Source: the human T2T-CHM13v2.0 reference genome, Homo sapiens. Taken from it: a DNA stretch of 64,000 bases. Shown one piece after another: positions 1-15,414 of this stretch. A model generated the notes under the pieces. The model saw only the letters and a list, made by a program, of their open reading frames with translations. It was not told where the DNA came from and made no database searches. The position numbers were made by a program, and so were the translations under genes. Every line of letters begins with the position of its first letter. Within the stretch, counting starts at the first letter, position 1. The DNA is taken from NCBI RefSeq assembly GCF_009914755.1, contig NC_060925.1. One strand, 5' to 3'.

Positions 1-14
1 CTGTTTTATTAGAT

Positions 15-215
15 AGATAGTGTGCCAGGTATTATGCTAAGTACTAACCACAAATTATCCAACTGAATTCCCCCAACAATCCAGTGAAGAAGGTTATTAT
101 TCCCACTTGATAAAAAGGGAAACCAAAGCTTAGCAAGATCAACTGGCTTATACAGTCCCAGCTATGAAGAGGCAGGGCTGAGAGTCTCACCAGTGCTGGA
201 AGATTCCAAAGCCTA
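15..215. mobile_element. MIR SINE fragment
   Basis: tgtgccagg...tattattcccactt...gaaac...agcttag resembles the MIR core. Confidence 0.65.
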
Positions 216-309
216 ATTGATTAAATTTAAAATCAACAGGTGCCAGTGCATTTCTGTGGAAGAAAAATATCTGAAATATCTGCTAAAATCTTATATCATT
301 AACGCTTAC

Positions 310-431
310 CGGAAATATTCCAGCAACAGTGCCCAAAAGTAAAAGGGCATGGTGATGGGTCTGCGGCATCTCCGAAAGGCGGATGCACTGAACTATCAAC
401 TCCACGTTGAACTTCTCCTCATCTAAAATAT
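310..431 (-). CDS. HEATR1: HEATR1 exon 28
   Basis: ILDEEKFNVE...AGIFP; donor CCG|GTAAGC; 122 nt. Confidence 0.95.
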
Positions 432-526
432 CTACAATGGTGAGAAAGACAAAAACCCTAAGTGGCAGGTACACTCACGCTCAAAGTAGATAATTTTTCT
501 AACCTTTCCTTCCAAAAAGTACCTAC

Positions 527-645
527 CTTTGGGTATTTTGCCACCATCTGGAGATAGTTTTTGGCAGATGTTGAGCAGACAACTAAGAATTAATTGTTTG
601 GTGTATTCCATATTTCCCTGCTCTTGTGGCAAGGGTTCTAAACAT
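527..645 (-). CDS. HEATR1: HEATR1 exon 27
   Basis: CLEPLPQEQGNME...GKIPK; 119 nt. Confidence 0.95.
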
Positions 646-1369
646 CTTCAGGACACCCAAAAGAGAAATGATGGGAAATGTAAAAGTTGTACAATTCATT
701 GTTACATTAATGGCCATTGTCCAGAACTCATTCAATAAGGAACTCATTCAATAAGGAATAACTAAAATACTATCATTAAACATCAAGTCTAGAAATAAGA
801 TATAAGATTTCTAACTCTAATTTTCTCTCATATAGACAGGCGCTATGTCAAATTCCACGTCCTCTCTATTGCACTTTCCATTAGCCTATCTGGAATCTTA
901 CAGGACAACCTTCAGAATTACTTTGCCTTTCACATGAAAGCACACGCTACAATTCATACTCAATTTACACACACACACACACAAATCTACGTATATAGAA
1001 TATATACATCTATATATATGAAAATATATTTAGATAGCAAACACTATATACACACATATCTATATCTATATAAATTCAACACTATATCTTGAAATGCAAG
1101 TAATGACGTCCCAGGCACGCTACTGAAAAGTTCAGAGGAAAGTAGGCTGTACAGTGAGTGGCCATTTACTACATGACACAGGACACTAAGGTCAGTTTGG
1201 GGCACCAGCAATGGATACCTAAAACCAATCTTTTAATTTCACCTATAGTACTTGCTTTATTTTACAGACTATCTAAACAAGAGAAGAGTATGTTGAAAAG
1301 AGAATGTTAGATAAGATGGGCAAGAATTAGAGTCCTATTCTCTCACAGATCAAAGCCAAGTGTCATTAC

Positions 1370-1513
1370 CTTGATAGCAAGTTAAAAAGAGTTGGCACCA
1401 ATATCTGAGGACTTCTGAGCTTCTTTTTGTGCTGCAGTAATTCCAGGATGAGAGTTACTCTTTGCCAGTAAGAACCTCCAACTTCCTGAACAGATTCTAG
1501 ATCTTGTGATTTT
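1370..1513 (-). CDS. HEATR1: HEATR1 exon 26
   Basis: KSQDLESVQE...LFNLLS; 144 nt. Confidence 0.95.
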
Positions 1514-1683
1514 CTGGAAAATGGAGAAGACAAAACGTTGGAAAAGCAAACTCTATCATGTGCTAAGTAAAAACCATTGTGCCTGATTATAGCAAATCGA
1601 TGAGTATCAAAAAGTTCCAATGGTTTCATAACATTCAGAGTCAGGGAACAACAGCATGTGCTCAATGCATTTGTAGCTCTTAC

Positions 1684-1787
1684 TTCTGCTGCATTTTTTG
1701 CCTTCTTTTTTGCTGAACTGTGCCCAAGGGTTTAGCTTTATCTGGTGGCTCCAGTTCTATTCGGACTTGTTCAGCATTAACGGAAAT
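1684..1787 (-). CDS. HEATR1: HEATR1 exon 25
   Basis: ISVNAEQVRIELEPPDKAKPLGTVQQKRRQKMQQ; 104 nt. Confidence 0.94.
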
Positions 1788-2379
1788 CTGAAATATTGAA
1801 GGAAGAAGAGTTGATGATATAATCCATTGGGATAAAATTAGAGCAATAAATGTTAACCCCTAGGAAGGATTTATTCAATTAAGAGGGAAGAATGACTTAC
1901 TGGATATGCATCTGAACCCCCCCCAGCATTGGATGCTACTACCTTGTTACAGACTTCTTGAAAAACCAGAATGAGAAGAAAGCAAAGTAGGGAAGAGTAT
2001 ACACTAAAAGCTCTAGCCAACATAAATTCAACTTCAGATTTTCATTTTAACCAAGCTCTCCTACTACCATGCACTTGCTTTCTATACAATTTGTCTTGGG
2101 AGTCTCAAGTTACAGCCCTGCACTTGTCTTGATTATGATACAGTATCACTTCTCCAGTCCAGAGTCACTCAATTTCACGCTCATCCCTTAGAGTGGACAA
2201 CTAGTAATGCAATACAGAATCAACCATACCGATTGTTTCCAAGTGCCGGATCAGATATGTATATTCTAATCAGCTAGGAAGGAATAAGACATATACACAC
2301 ATGCACAAAAACAGATTTACTGCCCCAGAGATTCTTTAGATATGGGGTGGGATCCAGATATCTCTTTTTATAAGGTTCT

Positions 2380-2700
2380 AACATCACAACTAAATCTTTG
2401 GATTCTGATACAAAGAAAACAACTATAAAAAATACTTTTGTGATAACCATGGAAATATGATTATGAACTAGGTATTAGATAATACCAAGGAATTATTTTT
2501 TTTTTACTTCTAATGGCATTGTAGTCATATCCACTTTTCAAAAGATGCACACTGAAGTACAGAGGGATGAAAGTGCATGACATTATGAGATTTACTTTAA
2601 AATATTTCAGCAAAGAAAAAGAAGGAAAAAAGATTAATATGTTAAAATTCTGAGAACTGCTGAATCTAGATACTAGAACTTTGTATTATTCTATATTCAA
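2380..2700 (+). mobile_element. Old L1M 3' fragment
   Basis: ...gtattagataataccaaggaattatt... is typical of L1MC/MD/ME 3' ends. Confidence 0.55.
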
Positions 2701-3159
2701 AAAAGAGAATAACCAGGTGGCTATTCTGATAATAACAAGGTTTCAATATACGTATAAAACCAACAAGCAGAATTTCAATTCCATTATATGTCATTAAACA
2801 ACTATTTAAATTAAGTAGAATAATGTTACCCAGTTCAATACTGAGCCATTGACTCATTCCTATTCCTTGCATAAAGGAATAGGTAGATTCCGTCTAATAT
2901 GAGAAAGATCACACACACACATATTCCTACACATCCTATCTGGTTAAAATTATCAACAAATACTTCATAAAATAAAATAATGGTAAAGATTTAAAATTTT
3001 TATTTTATGCCTCTCTCTGACTTACTTTTCCATGATTTTTGTTAATGGTAACATCTGACCTCTTACAAGCACTATAAAATACAGGACTCTTAAACATGGT
3101 GTCCCTTGGAAGAGACTATAAACATTAATAAAAAAAATTACAAGAAGTTTGCAGCTTAC

Positions 3160-3291
3160 CCCTTTAAAAACACTGCTGACAGTCTGAGCACAATGTGAGT
3201 TTTTACAGTTCACCAATAAATCAAACAACATTCTTAAAAGCTTCTGCTGAACTTTTTCATCTGATATGGCTGCAAAAAATGGTTTTGTAAT
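3160..3291 (-). CDS. HEATR1: HEATR1 exon 24
   Basis: ITKPFFAAISDEK...SSVFKG; 132 nt. Confidence 0.95.
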
Positions 3292-3618
3292 CTAGAGGGG
3301 GTAGAAAAAAGGCAACTGAGTTCAGTGAACAAGTTTAAATTCCAGAAATAATTTTTATATCAACCTCTCTCAAAATACAAAATTGTTTCCCACTTAATTT
3401 TGTCAGTTAAAATGCAATTCTTTTTAATGACCCATGTACAACGTTCAGTTTTCAAAAATGGGTCAAATACATCATTTTCCTTTAAAACGTCTAGTCCACC
3501 TGTAACTATCTTCTCCAAATAAAATATTAATCTTTTTTTTTTTAACGCTGTTCCTGTTGCCTTCTACCTTTAAATGCTTGAACATGCTATGCCTTAGTTT
3601 CTGAAAGAAATCACTGAC

Positions 3619-3861
3619 CTTTTCAAGGGCTGTGATCTGAATGGTTGGCATTCCCGCGTAAAGTTCCTTTGTTGTGTGCACAGCTTTTATAAATATATCT
3701 AGACTCTTCGGATCCTCATTTAAAAGGGAAACTGAAAATTCATTATACTTTCCCAGAGTGAGATGCAGAACCATGGCCTCATCTTTCAGCACAGCTGTGG
3801 GCTCCTTCTGGATCTTTTCTAGCAGTTGTTCAGCCATAGGCAATAGCTGAGAAAGCACCAT
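3619..3861 (-). CDS. HEATR1: HEATR1 exon 23
   Basis: MVLSQLLPM...ITALEK; 243 nt. Confidence 0.95.
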
Positions 3862-4271
3862 CTAAAGATCCAAAGACTTAGTAGTAAATAGTTATGTATA
3901 CTGATATGTTTTTGCTCACTCTACAGAGACACTCAAAGCCTGCTGGAAGATGGGAGTTTAGCCTGGAGGAAAAAACCCAATGATGGTAACTTCTTAGACA
4001 TGGAGACAGCTATTAATTCACACTAAGGCACTCAGGTCCTTTCTGACAGTTCATGTGTAATGCTCAAAAGTGCTAAACCCTTCAGAGATGAGCAGAAAGA
4101 TAATCTGTGAGCATTCCTCAAGACTTGAGAACAGAAAACACAAACTAAAACTTTAGAGAATAAAAATAAAGTTTAAGATTCCCTAAAACACTGTATGTGT
4201 CCTTCAATGTTTCCAACTTGGTATAATTAATATTAATTCAAATTATGTATGTAAATCTTTAACTGCTAAAC

Positions 4272-4490
4272 TAGGGGCCAGCAAATTATGGCTTGCAGGT
4301 CAAATTCAACAGACCACCTGTTTTTGTAAATTTTATTTACTGAAACACAGCCATGCTCATTTGTTTACACCCTGTCTGTGGCTGCTTTCCTGATACAACT
4401 GCAGAGATGAGTAGCTGCAACAGAGACTGTGTGGCCCCGAAAGCATAAAATATTTCCTATCTGGTCCTTTACCCAAGAAATTTGTCAATT
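4272..4490. mobile_element. MER58A-like hAT-Charlie DNA transposon
   Basis: ggggccagcaaattatggc...acacagccatgctcatttgtttac...tatctggtcctttac matches the MER58 pattern. Confidence 0.8.
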
Positions 4491-5176
4491 ATTAATTTAA
4501 ACTATACCAGGGACAACTAAGGGCTGAATGCAACCTGTTTGTTCCTACCAAGAAAGTGTAATCAAATGGTCTTCAATCCATTTGGCTCATTTTAGTTCTC
4601 TAAGCCCACAGTCAGTCTAGGACTGATGAAGCACACAGGCATTTCTGTAACACTGGGATGAAAGAACCTTTTTTATGTTGGTCAGCACATGCCATCACAT
4701 CAACAAGTGTTTCACAACTGCTTTCTTTTGTAACACAAGCTTCTTCGAAAACACAATGAAAGCTCTAAATATATATAATAAACGAGCAAATGATTTTGGA
4801 ATTTTCATAGACTCGTGTCCAAATATATTCCTTTGTATAGAATTTTCACTTGAAAAACAGAGATGAAGCAACAGCTTCTTTCAGCAGTGCAGCCCCATGA
4901 GACACGAGACTGTTAAGTTCATTTAAAATAAACTTAATGATTAGACAGGGACAACACACTTAATTTTAAAATAAAAAGAAACTCACCAGTACTTGTCTTT
5001 GTATCTTGTATCTGTTTTTCTCTACCTCAACTCATCCCCCTCTCAAATTAATATTACATTTATCTCTTCTGAGTGCACACATGCAACTCTTACAATTGTC
5101 TTCTTCACCCACAAGCAGTTACAACAATTCTTTAGTAACATCACAGGAATGTACAATCCACTTAAATGGCACATAC

Positions 5177-5335
5177 CTCACCGTTGACTCCCTGAAGTAC
5201 TTTCATCAAATCTTTTGCTATATAAGATGGGCAACTATACACACAACTAAGTAAGTTTTTCAAAGTTTCAGACAACTTCTGATGAGATTTCAGTTTCTTT
5301 TCTCTCTGTAGTTCCTCAAATAAAGTAGCCAAATC
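5177..5335 (-). CDS. HEATR1: HEATR1 exon 22
   Basis: DLATLFEELQREKK...LQGVNGE; 159 nt. Confidence 0.94.
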
Positions 5336-5737
5336 CTAAGATACCAAAAAGAAAATTGGATAAAAAAGGGTTAAGAAACTACAAAGGCTAAATATATTAA
5401 TTACGGAAGACTCTTACCCAAATGATGTGACATTGTTTATAATTTTCCATTTCTCCTTAAAACCTTAATAAGAAACGTTATTAAAAACACACAGCTGGCT
5501 TACTATGAAAAGCTACACACTAATCCTTTATCCAATGAAAAGAACAAAATTGAAATATGACATTGCTATCTTTTCAAAAGTAGGGGGACACAGATGTACA
5601 GATATTGACCTATCAGTTCCTAAATCCAATGACTTAGTCCATCAAAATCCCTACACAGTGAAATGTCGAGAATGGAGAAAATTGCTCCAGTACACACAGG
5701 CATGAACACACTCAATCTTCTTTGCTAACGAGCTTAC

Positions 5738-5907
5738 CTGAATAACATAGGCAGCATCTGAAGTGATCTCCTCTGCTTTAGAAATCAAATGATCTATTAT
5801 CAGATAAAACGGGGATGCCACTCCACTGAGGGCCTGGAGACACTGAATGGCAGCCCTACGAACTTCTTTTACGGGGCTTCCCAGGTTAATGAGTAAAGAT
5901 GTCACCA
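5738..5907 (-). CDS. HEATR1: HEATR1 exon 21
   Basis: VTSLLINLGSPVKEVRRAA...AYVIQ; 170 nt. Confidence 0.95.
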
Positions 5908-6047
5908 CTAAAATCAAAGGAAAAAAAAATTTAAGAAACAATTTTAAAAACTGAAACAGTACAAAATTTACATAGTACCAAAGGTACTTGATAAAAAGTT
6001 TCCCTTCGAATTCAAACTCCTTCTCTGTTCACTGTTTGAATATTTAA

Positions 6048-8000
<1,953 letters not shown>

Positions 8001-8051
8001 AATACTAAGATAAAGCTTGACAAGGTTTCAAACCTGCCTAAGAAGTTCATA

Positions 8052-8340
8052 CAGGTTGAGCAACCTTGATCCAAAAATTCCAAAATCTCAAATTTTCGGA
8101 GCACCAATATGACACAAGTGGAAAATTCCACACCTGACCTCATGTGACGGGCTGCAGTGAAAATGCAGGCATACAACTGTTTATTCAGTGTCCCCACAGA
8201 AAAAAAGACCCTCCCAGCCCCCTGCAGCTGCAATGTATCTTTTTCACAAAGCCCAAATTCTTCCACACAAGCATGCCCACAAAGGGCAATACCAATGGAA
8301 AACTGAAGTTCTTCCATCTTGCTATTTACAGTCAAAATGA
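8052..8340. mobile_element. Tigger4 (Zombi)-like DNA transposon fragment
   Basis: caggttgagca TIR-like start; caagtggaaaattccacacctgacctcatgtgacggg. Confidence 0.75.
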
Positions 8341-9476
8341 CATATATGACTCAGAGGCCACTGTCAAAGGACAGTAAACATTTAACACCAAATTGGAAAA
8401 CAGAAATAGTTATCTCTAAATAAAATATATGTACCTTTTTGAAAACCCACAAGTTTAGCAGAAAATAACTATTTTAATAAATTGCTATCTCCATACAATG
8501 GAATACTCTGCAGGCAGTTGTAAAAAGATAAATTTTTCCATTTATTAATATGGAAAGATGTCCATATTAATTGAAAAATTAAAGTTAAAAAATGTATAGA
8601 GTTGTTCTTATCCAAATATAACTAGAAAAACCTTAACAGTAAACTCACCTAAAATAAAGACCGAAATTTTGTAAGCGAATAAAAAATTACTTTTGTGGAA
8701 TTTTATTTTAGAAATAAAACTTGAAATTACATAACTACTTTAAATGTAACAAAATTTGGTTACAAATGTAATTATGTGCTCTTTCAAAGAACTAACAAAA
8801 AATAAACACTGAGGAATTGTTCAGGGAAAAGTATACGATCATCTAACTTGCTTTCACAGAACATTTACAAAGAGTAATTTTGGAATTAAAAAAAAAACAA
8901 GAAACAAAACAAAAAAAAACCAAGGACATCTTCAAATTTCCCCAGGGCCACTCCTATGCCTCTGATATTAATAACATTACAGTTTGAAGCATTAATCATG
9001 TCCATTATTCTAATCAATTTTTTCATCTTCAACCATTCTTCTCTGATCTAATTCTGCCACATCCCCTCATGTCAATAGCTCTGTAAGTCAACCCACTTTT
9101 CAATATCGCATTCATTGTTTCATGAAATTCTGCATCTTTTGCAAAATTTGCAATTCTACATTATAAAAAAACTTAACTTTCAGTTATTTCATTAGAGAAT
9201 GCCGAACCTGAATATGATTTATGCCCGATAAAAGAGATAAATGCAGGAGGGTTTTGTTTTTGTTAGCTCATTATTAAATTGTATTATGATGATCTGACTT
9301 CCATATCTAACCCATTGCTGCTACAGCTCAGAAAATGAATAGCTGATTATTAAGAACTCATATAATCACCTGCCATTTCTATTATTAAACTTTTGTGTTT
9401 GGTGAGATTTTGCTAGTGCCAGTAACTTAAAAGCAATACTTAGAAGTGACCAGAAATATGTACAGATGTACAGCCC

Positions 9477-10082
<606 letters not shown>

Positions 10083-10188
10083 CTCTGCTATTTTTTTTTT
10101 AAGTTATAATTTTCCAAACTACATAAACCATATAGAGAAAGCATGAACAGTTGGTCATGACAAAACATAACAATGCTACTTTTAATAC

Positions 10189-10381
10189 CTGGAGAAGATA
10201 TGGATGCCAGTTGGTGTTTACACTGTGTCTTCTGAGAAGAAAGCATTGCACAGCCCACATAAAGAGCTTGAGTCTGCAGCACTGTTTTCACACTGCAGTT
10301 TAGTGGATTTGAAAGGCTAGAACCATAGGTCCATAAAACAGAACAGAACTTGAATAACTGAAAAACATCTTCTAGATGAAC
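10189..10381 (-). CDS. HEATR1: HEATR1 exon 20
   Basis: VHLEDVFQLFKF...LASISSP; 193 nt. Confidence 0.95.
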
Positions 10382-10952
10382 CTAATTAAAAAAAAAAAAA
10401 AGCAAACTTTTAATTCTTACTCAAATAAGCTGGTTCCAAATCCTCTTCTCACTAGTGTACAATTATAAAGAAACAAATAATTTAAGGCAAAGTTTTGCTT
10501 TGTCTAATCATTTCAAATTACTCCATATTCCATGTTTTAATGAACTGGGAAGATGTCAATGAAGAGTGATATTCAGAAGCCTCACTATAACCTTGCACTT
10601 GAAAACACAGAACCAAGACAAGAGCAGTATCTGGGACGCCTAATTAAGAAAATACTTCAACAATGTGCTGAGCAATGCCAACTCCATGTCAAATGCTGTA
10701 GAGAGAACAAGTCAGGCAAGAACAGGAACTGACCACTGGGCCTGGCAACATGGAGGTCACTGGTGCTGGGGATGAAATTTCCTGAGTAACTTCACGTGTG
10801 CTAAATAACCTCTCTGAACACCAGTATTCACATTTTTAAATGGTATTAACCAATCAAAAAGACTGGGCTGTTGTTATTTTTAAATATAGTAATGGGCCTA
10901 ACATATTAGTAGGAGTGTAGCAATGTTAGTTTCTATTCAACCTACCGATTAG

Positions 10953-11650
<698 letters not shown>

Positions 11651-11701
11651 GCCATATCTTCTTTAAGGGTAGAGTACGCCTGAAAAGGAGGAGGCTTGTA
11701 C

Positions 11702-11838
11702 CTTTATGAAAAGTTTCATCAGAACTCTGAAATGAACAGCATCGGCACCATTGAGCATCATCTCAAACAGCCCAATGAGCAAGTGCAGATAGTCCCTGCT
11801 GTCTTCTTTCAGTTGTTCAGGATTCCACCATATATCAC
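11702..11838 (-). CDS. HEATR1: HEATR1 exon 19
   Basis: DIWWNPEQLKEDSRDYL...MKLFIK; 137 nt. Confidence 0.95.
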
Positions 11839-11978
11839 CTACAAGGACATGGAAAGAGAAATGATGCTAGATCCTACATGAACATGCTGGGAGCTTTTTA
11901 TTCAAGACAGTCATTGTGGAGTCAATCATTCAGTTTTGCACAGTATCACATTTAAAAGATTCACAGCTTGTATCTTAC

Positions 11979-12162
11979 CTTTAGGAAAAGATTTAGGAGC
12001 TTTCAGTGCATAAATAAATTTTTTCAAGGAAAATACAAGAAAAACCGAGTCCTCCACGGCCACCCTCTGAGTGCTGTTGAGCTCTTCTACATAATGTGCC
12101 CACAGCTCTACTGGGATCCCTCTGTCTAACATCAGTTCAATGTGCCATTCTGAGGGGATTTC
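11979..12162 (-). CDS. HEATR1: HEATR1 exon 18
   Basis: EIPSEWHIE...KSFPK; 184 nt. Confidence 0.95.
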
Positions 12163-12441
12163 CTGAAATGTTAAAGGAAACAAAAACTAGTACAAACTAA
12201 GGGTTCTGAACATGGGTTATATGAATTCCTCTGCATAATATGCAAAAGTTTTGTTTATGTGTGCATTTTGGTGGGGAAAGGATTAACAGAACTGCTTTGG
12301 TCGGATTTTTAAAGAGGTTTATCACTATTCACAAGGAAAGACAAAGTTAAATTTTATCTATGTCTTACCTTGAAACATTATCTCTAAAAACAAACTTTAT
12401 TCATATGAACTGTTTATCCAATAAAGGGTAGGAATAAATAG

Positions 12442-12753
<312 letters not shown>

Positions 12754-13987
12754 TAGGTATATTTCAAAACAGGAAGATAAACAGTTGGATTGCCAAGACA
12801 TAGTTAAAGGGAATTCTTTCATTTCACTGTTTTACCACTAATCTGAATAAGGTACATGGCAAAAATCTCCAAACCTGCAGATGATTTTAAACAAGCAGCA
12901 AAATGTTAGGTGTTTAGAAATTATACTGTAAGTGCCAAAAGAATGCAGAACAGGTGTAAGAAAATGACAAATGTGACTCTGTACAAGCAGTACAGAGTAA
13001 TAACTTAGAAGGAAAATAATCCAAAGCCAGATTTACAATGTAACGTCTCCAGTGAGGGATTTGATTAACTCAACATGCTGCTACAGGCGAAAACATGCTC
13101 ATGACCTCGAGAAAGGTATTAAAAGTAAAGCAATATAAAATAACCTGTTATCTACATATGTATAATAAAACACTCTATTTGTCCATACTTTTAACACTGA
13201 GAACCAGTATAGTTCAGGTCATCATACTTCACAAAAGACACCAAGAAACTAAAAGTTAAGAAGGGCCTATCTGGACTATTTTTCAAAATATGAAGACTTT
13301 ACTCTTTTTAAAGTTTACACATTTTAGCTAACAATGGCCACGATCAGAACTTATAAAATCCTGCGGGTATACGTAAATGTGAAAAAGATATAATTCATTT
13401 AGTAAATCCTATAATGAGAAGCCCTCTAAAATTTGGAGGACAAATAAAAACAAAATCCTTACATATAGCAGATATTAAAAAAAAAGTCTTGCTACCTCAA
13501 AACATGTCAAATGTAAACAGCTGAAACATGTCCCTTAGTAATACTATGAAAGATAGTAGTAGGCTGGAGGGATACACATCTATGTAATATTAACATTATT
13601 TAAAGCCTAAAAGATCTATTTTTAGTAAACAATTGAATGAAATAGTATTTTGTTCAAGCACTAACACGCCAAGTGAATTCTTCATCGCTAGAGGTAGTTA
13701 GGTGTAGCTTGGGTAATTATCCAATAAAGACAATAAAAGAGAGGAGAGTCAGGCATCAGATACAAAATATTGCAACCCTAAAATTTTATAATTCAACTAA
13801 ACTTTCCGCAAAAGCAAGGGAGTGCCTAGTTGACTATCTCACTGCTACCCAAGACTGCTTCACATTTCATCCAGCTACTATCCACAGACTCAACATCTCG
13901 CCTCTGATTTTCAGTTTTGCTGTGACTAATAGGCCAGGCTGTTGTTTTATTCAACATCCCACTTTCTGGAGATTCTGCTTTCCTTAC

Positions 13988-14179
13988 CACTGCAGTAATG
14001 ACACTTTCAAGCTTCTTTATTTTTTTCTGCAACAAACTGAAGACTCTTATCGCAAATGGAAAGTGGGTTTCTTTTAAAGATGAACAACAAGAGACGAGCA
14101 CAGACAGGATCACATGAAACGTTACTTTCTGCTTCAGGTTAAAGGACTCCTCCTCACCCACGCTTATCAAATCCTCCAC
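13988..14179 (-). CDS. HEATR1: HEATR1 exon 17
   Basis: VEDLISVGEE...SVITAV; 192 nt. Confidence 0.95.
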
Positions 14180-14782
14180 CTTGAAAAATAAACACACTCT
14201 ATTACCAGTTGCTCTTGATTTTCATAAAACAATTTTTTCAACTCAGGTCTATCTAGGTATTATGTGTTTTACATTTAAAGTGAGATGACAAATAGAAAAC
14301 CTTTATAAAGTACTAAGCACTGATTTCTAAGTAATTATAAGAATAATTTCAGAAACTGTAATGAACATAATTGCACTTGCCAACTGGTTAATGTATTTAA
14401 ATCACACATCTAATCCTTTACAAAGGTTTATTTAATAAGGCAAAGATAATTTTCTCCTCTTTGGGATTATATTTTGCTATTTTAACAACAACAACAACAA
14501 AAAGACTAATATTTTAAATGGGAATGAGAAAAAATGGTGGTAAAAAGGATATATTATTCTTATGGGTGTGATATGGATCCACATTGAAAAAATATATAAA
14601 ATGTTAAAAGATTTCAAACATTGCACAGAATATATTAAACAACACTGCAACGTTTAAAGTAAAACCAAGTACTCAAGAATAAAAAAAAATTTTTTTAAGA
14701 AAAATCTAGTAAAGCAAAAGCTGAGAATTTAATAAGAGTATGAGAAAGAAATCCAGGGGGTGGACTTTCAAAGCATACTTAC

Positions 14783-14904
14783 CATCTTTACCATTGAAGA
14801 AGGATCTCCTAAATTTATATTATCAGCCAACAACTCAATCATCTTCTGATTTGCTACACCGATTAGTTTTCCTGGCTTTGTGCTTTTAATTACATTTTCA
14901 AGAG
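14783..14904 (-). CDS. HEATR1: HEATR1 exon 16
   Basis: LENVIKSTKPGK...DPSSMVKM; donor ATG|GTAAGT; 122 nt. Confidence 0.94.
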
Positions 14905-15202
14905 CTGTAAAGTAAAATCGAATGCAGAGAGCTCTTATGTCACCAACACTCAAAGAATCACATGAAGAATTCAGGCAAACATTTTACTATTGTTTATGAA
15001 GGTTTGCTTTTTATTTTTCCTTGTATCCGATTCTGAATTTGTCTATGAATTGGCTTCCTTTTCACTGTATACTTTTTATCTTGGCAAAAATTTTACAAGA
15101 CCTTACTGGCATATAGCATGACCAACAATAAATTTTAAATTTTCCTTGTTTTCTTTTGTGTTATCTGTTCACTTTTTCTAAAAAAACAACTGAATTTTTT
15201 AC

Positions 15203-15414
15203 CTTCTTCCCAGCCTCTTAATAGAGGGTGCAGGGAGCAGATTCCTGATTTTGATAAATATATAGCAATTTTCATCTCAGCAGATTCCGTATCATCATTA
15301 TTGATAACCACAAATGGCAGCAAACATACAACCACCTGATTTGACAACTGATCATTTTCACTCAGTATCTCTTCTTTAATTAATATGTCAGCGGCTATCT
15401 TAAGTACCTCGTAC
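15203..15414 (-). CDS. HEATR1: HEATR1 exon 15
   Basis: YEVLKIAAD...LRGWEE; 212 nt. Confidence 0.95.

Noticed and set aside
4981-4990. Isolated consensus donors (CTG|GTGAGT here; also GGG|GTGAGT at 21355-21363)
   Set aside because: I found no convincing paired acceptor, and such motifs are common decoys.
13673-14077. 134-aa plus-strand ORF antisense to exon 17
   Set aside because: Non-ATG start, no homology or promoter evidence; most likely a chance antisense frame.
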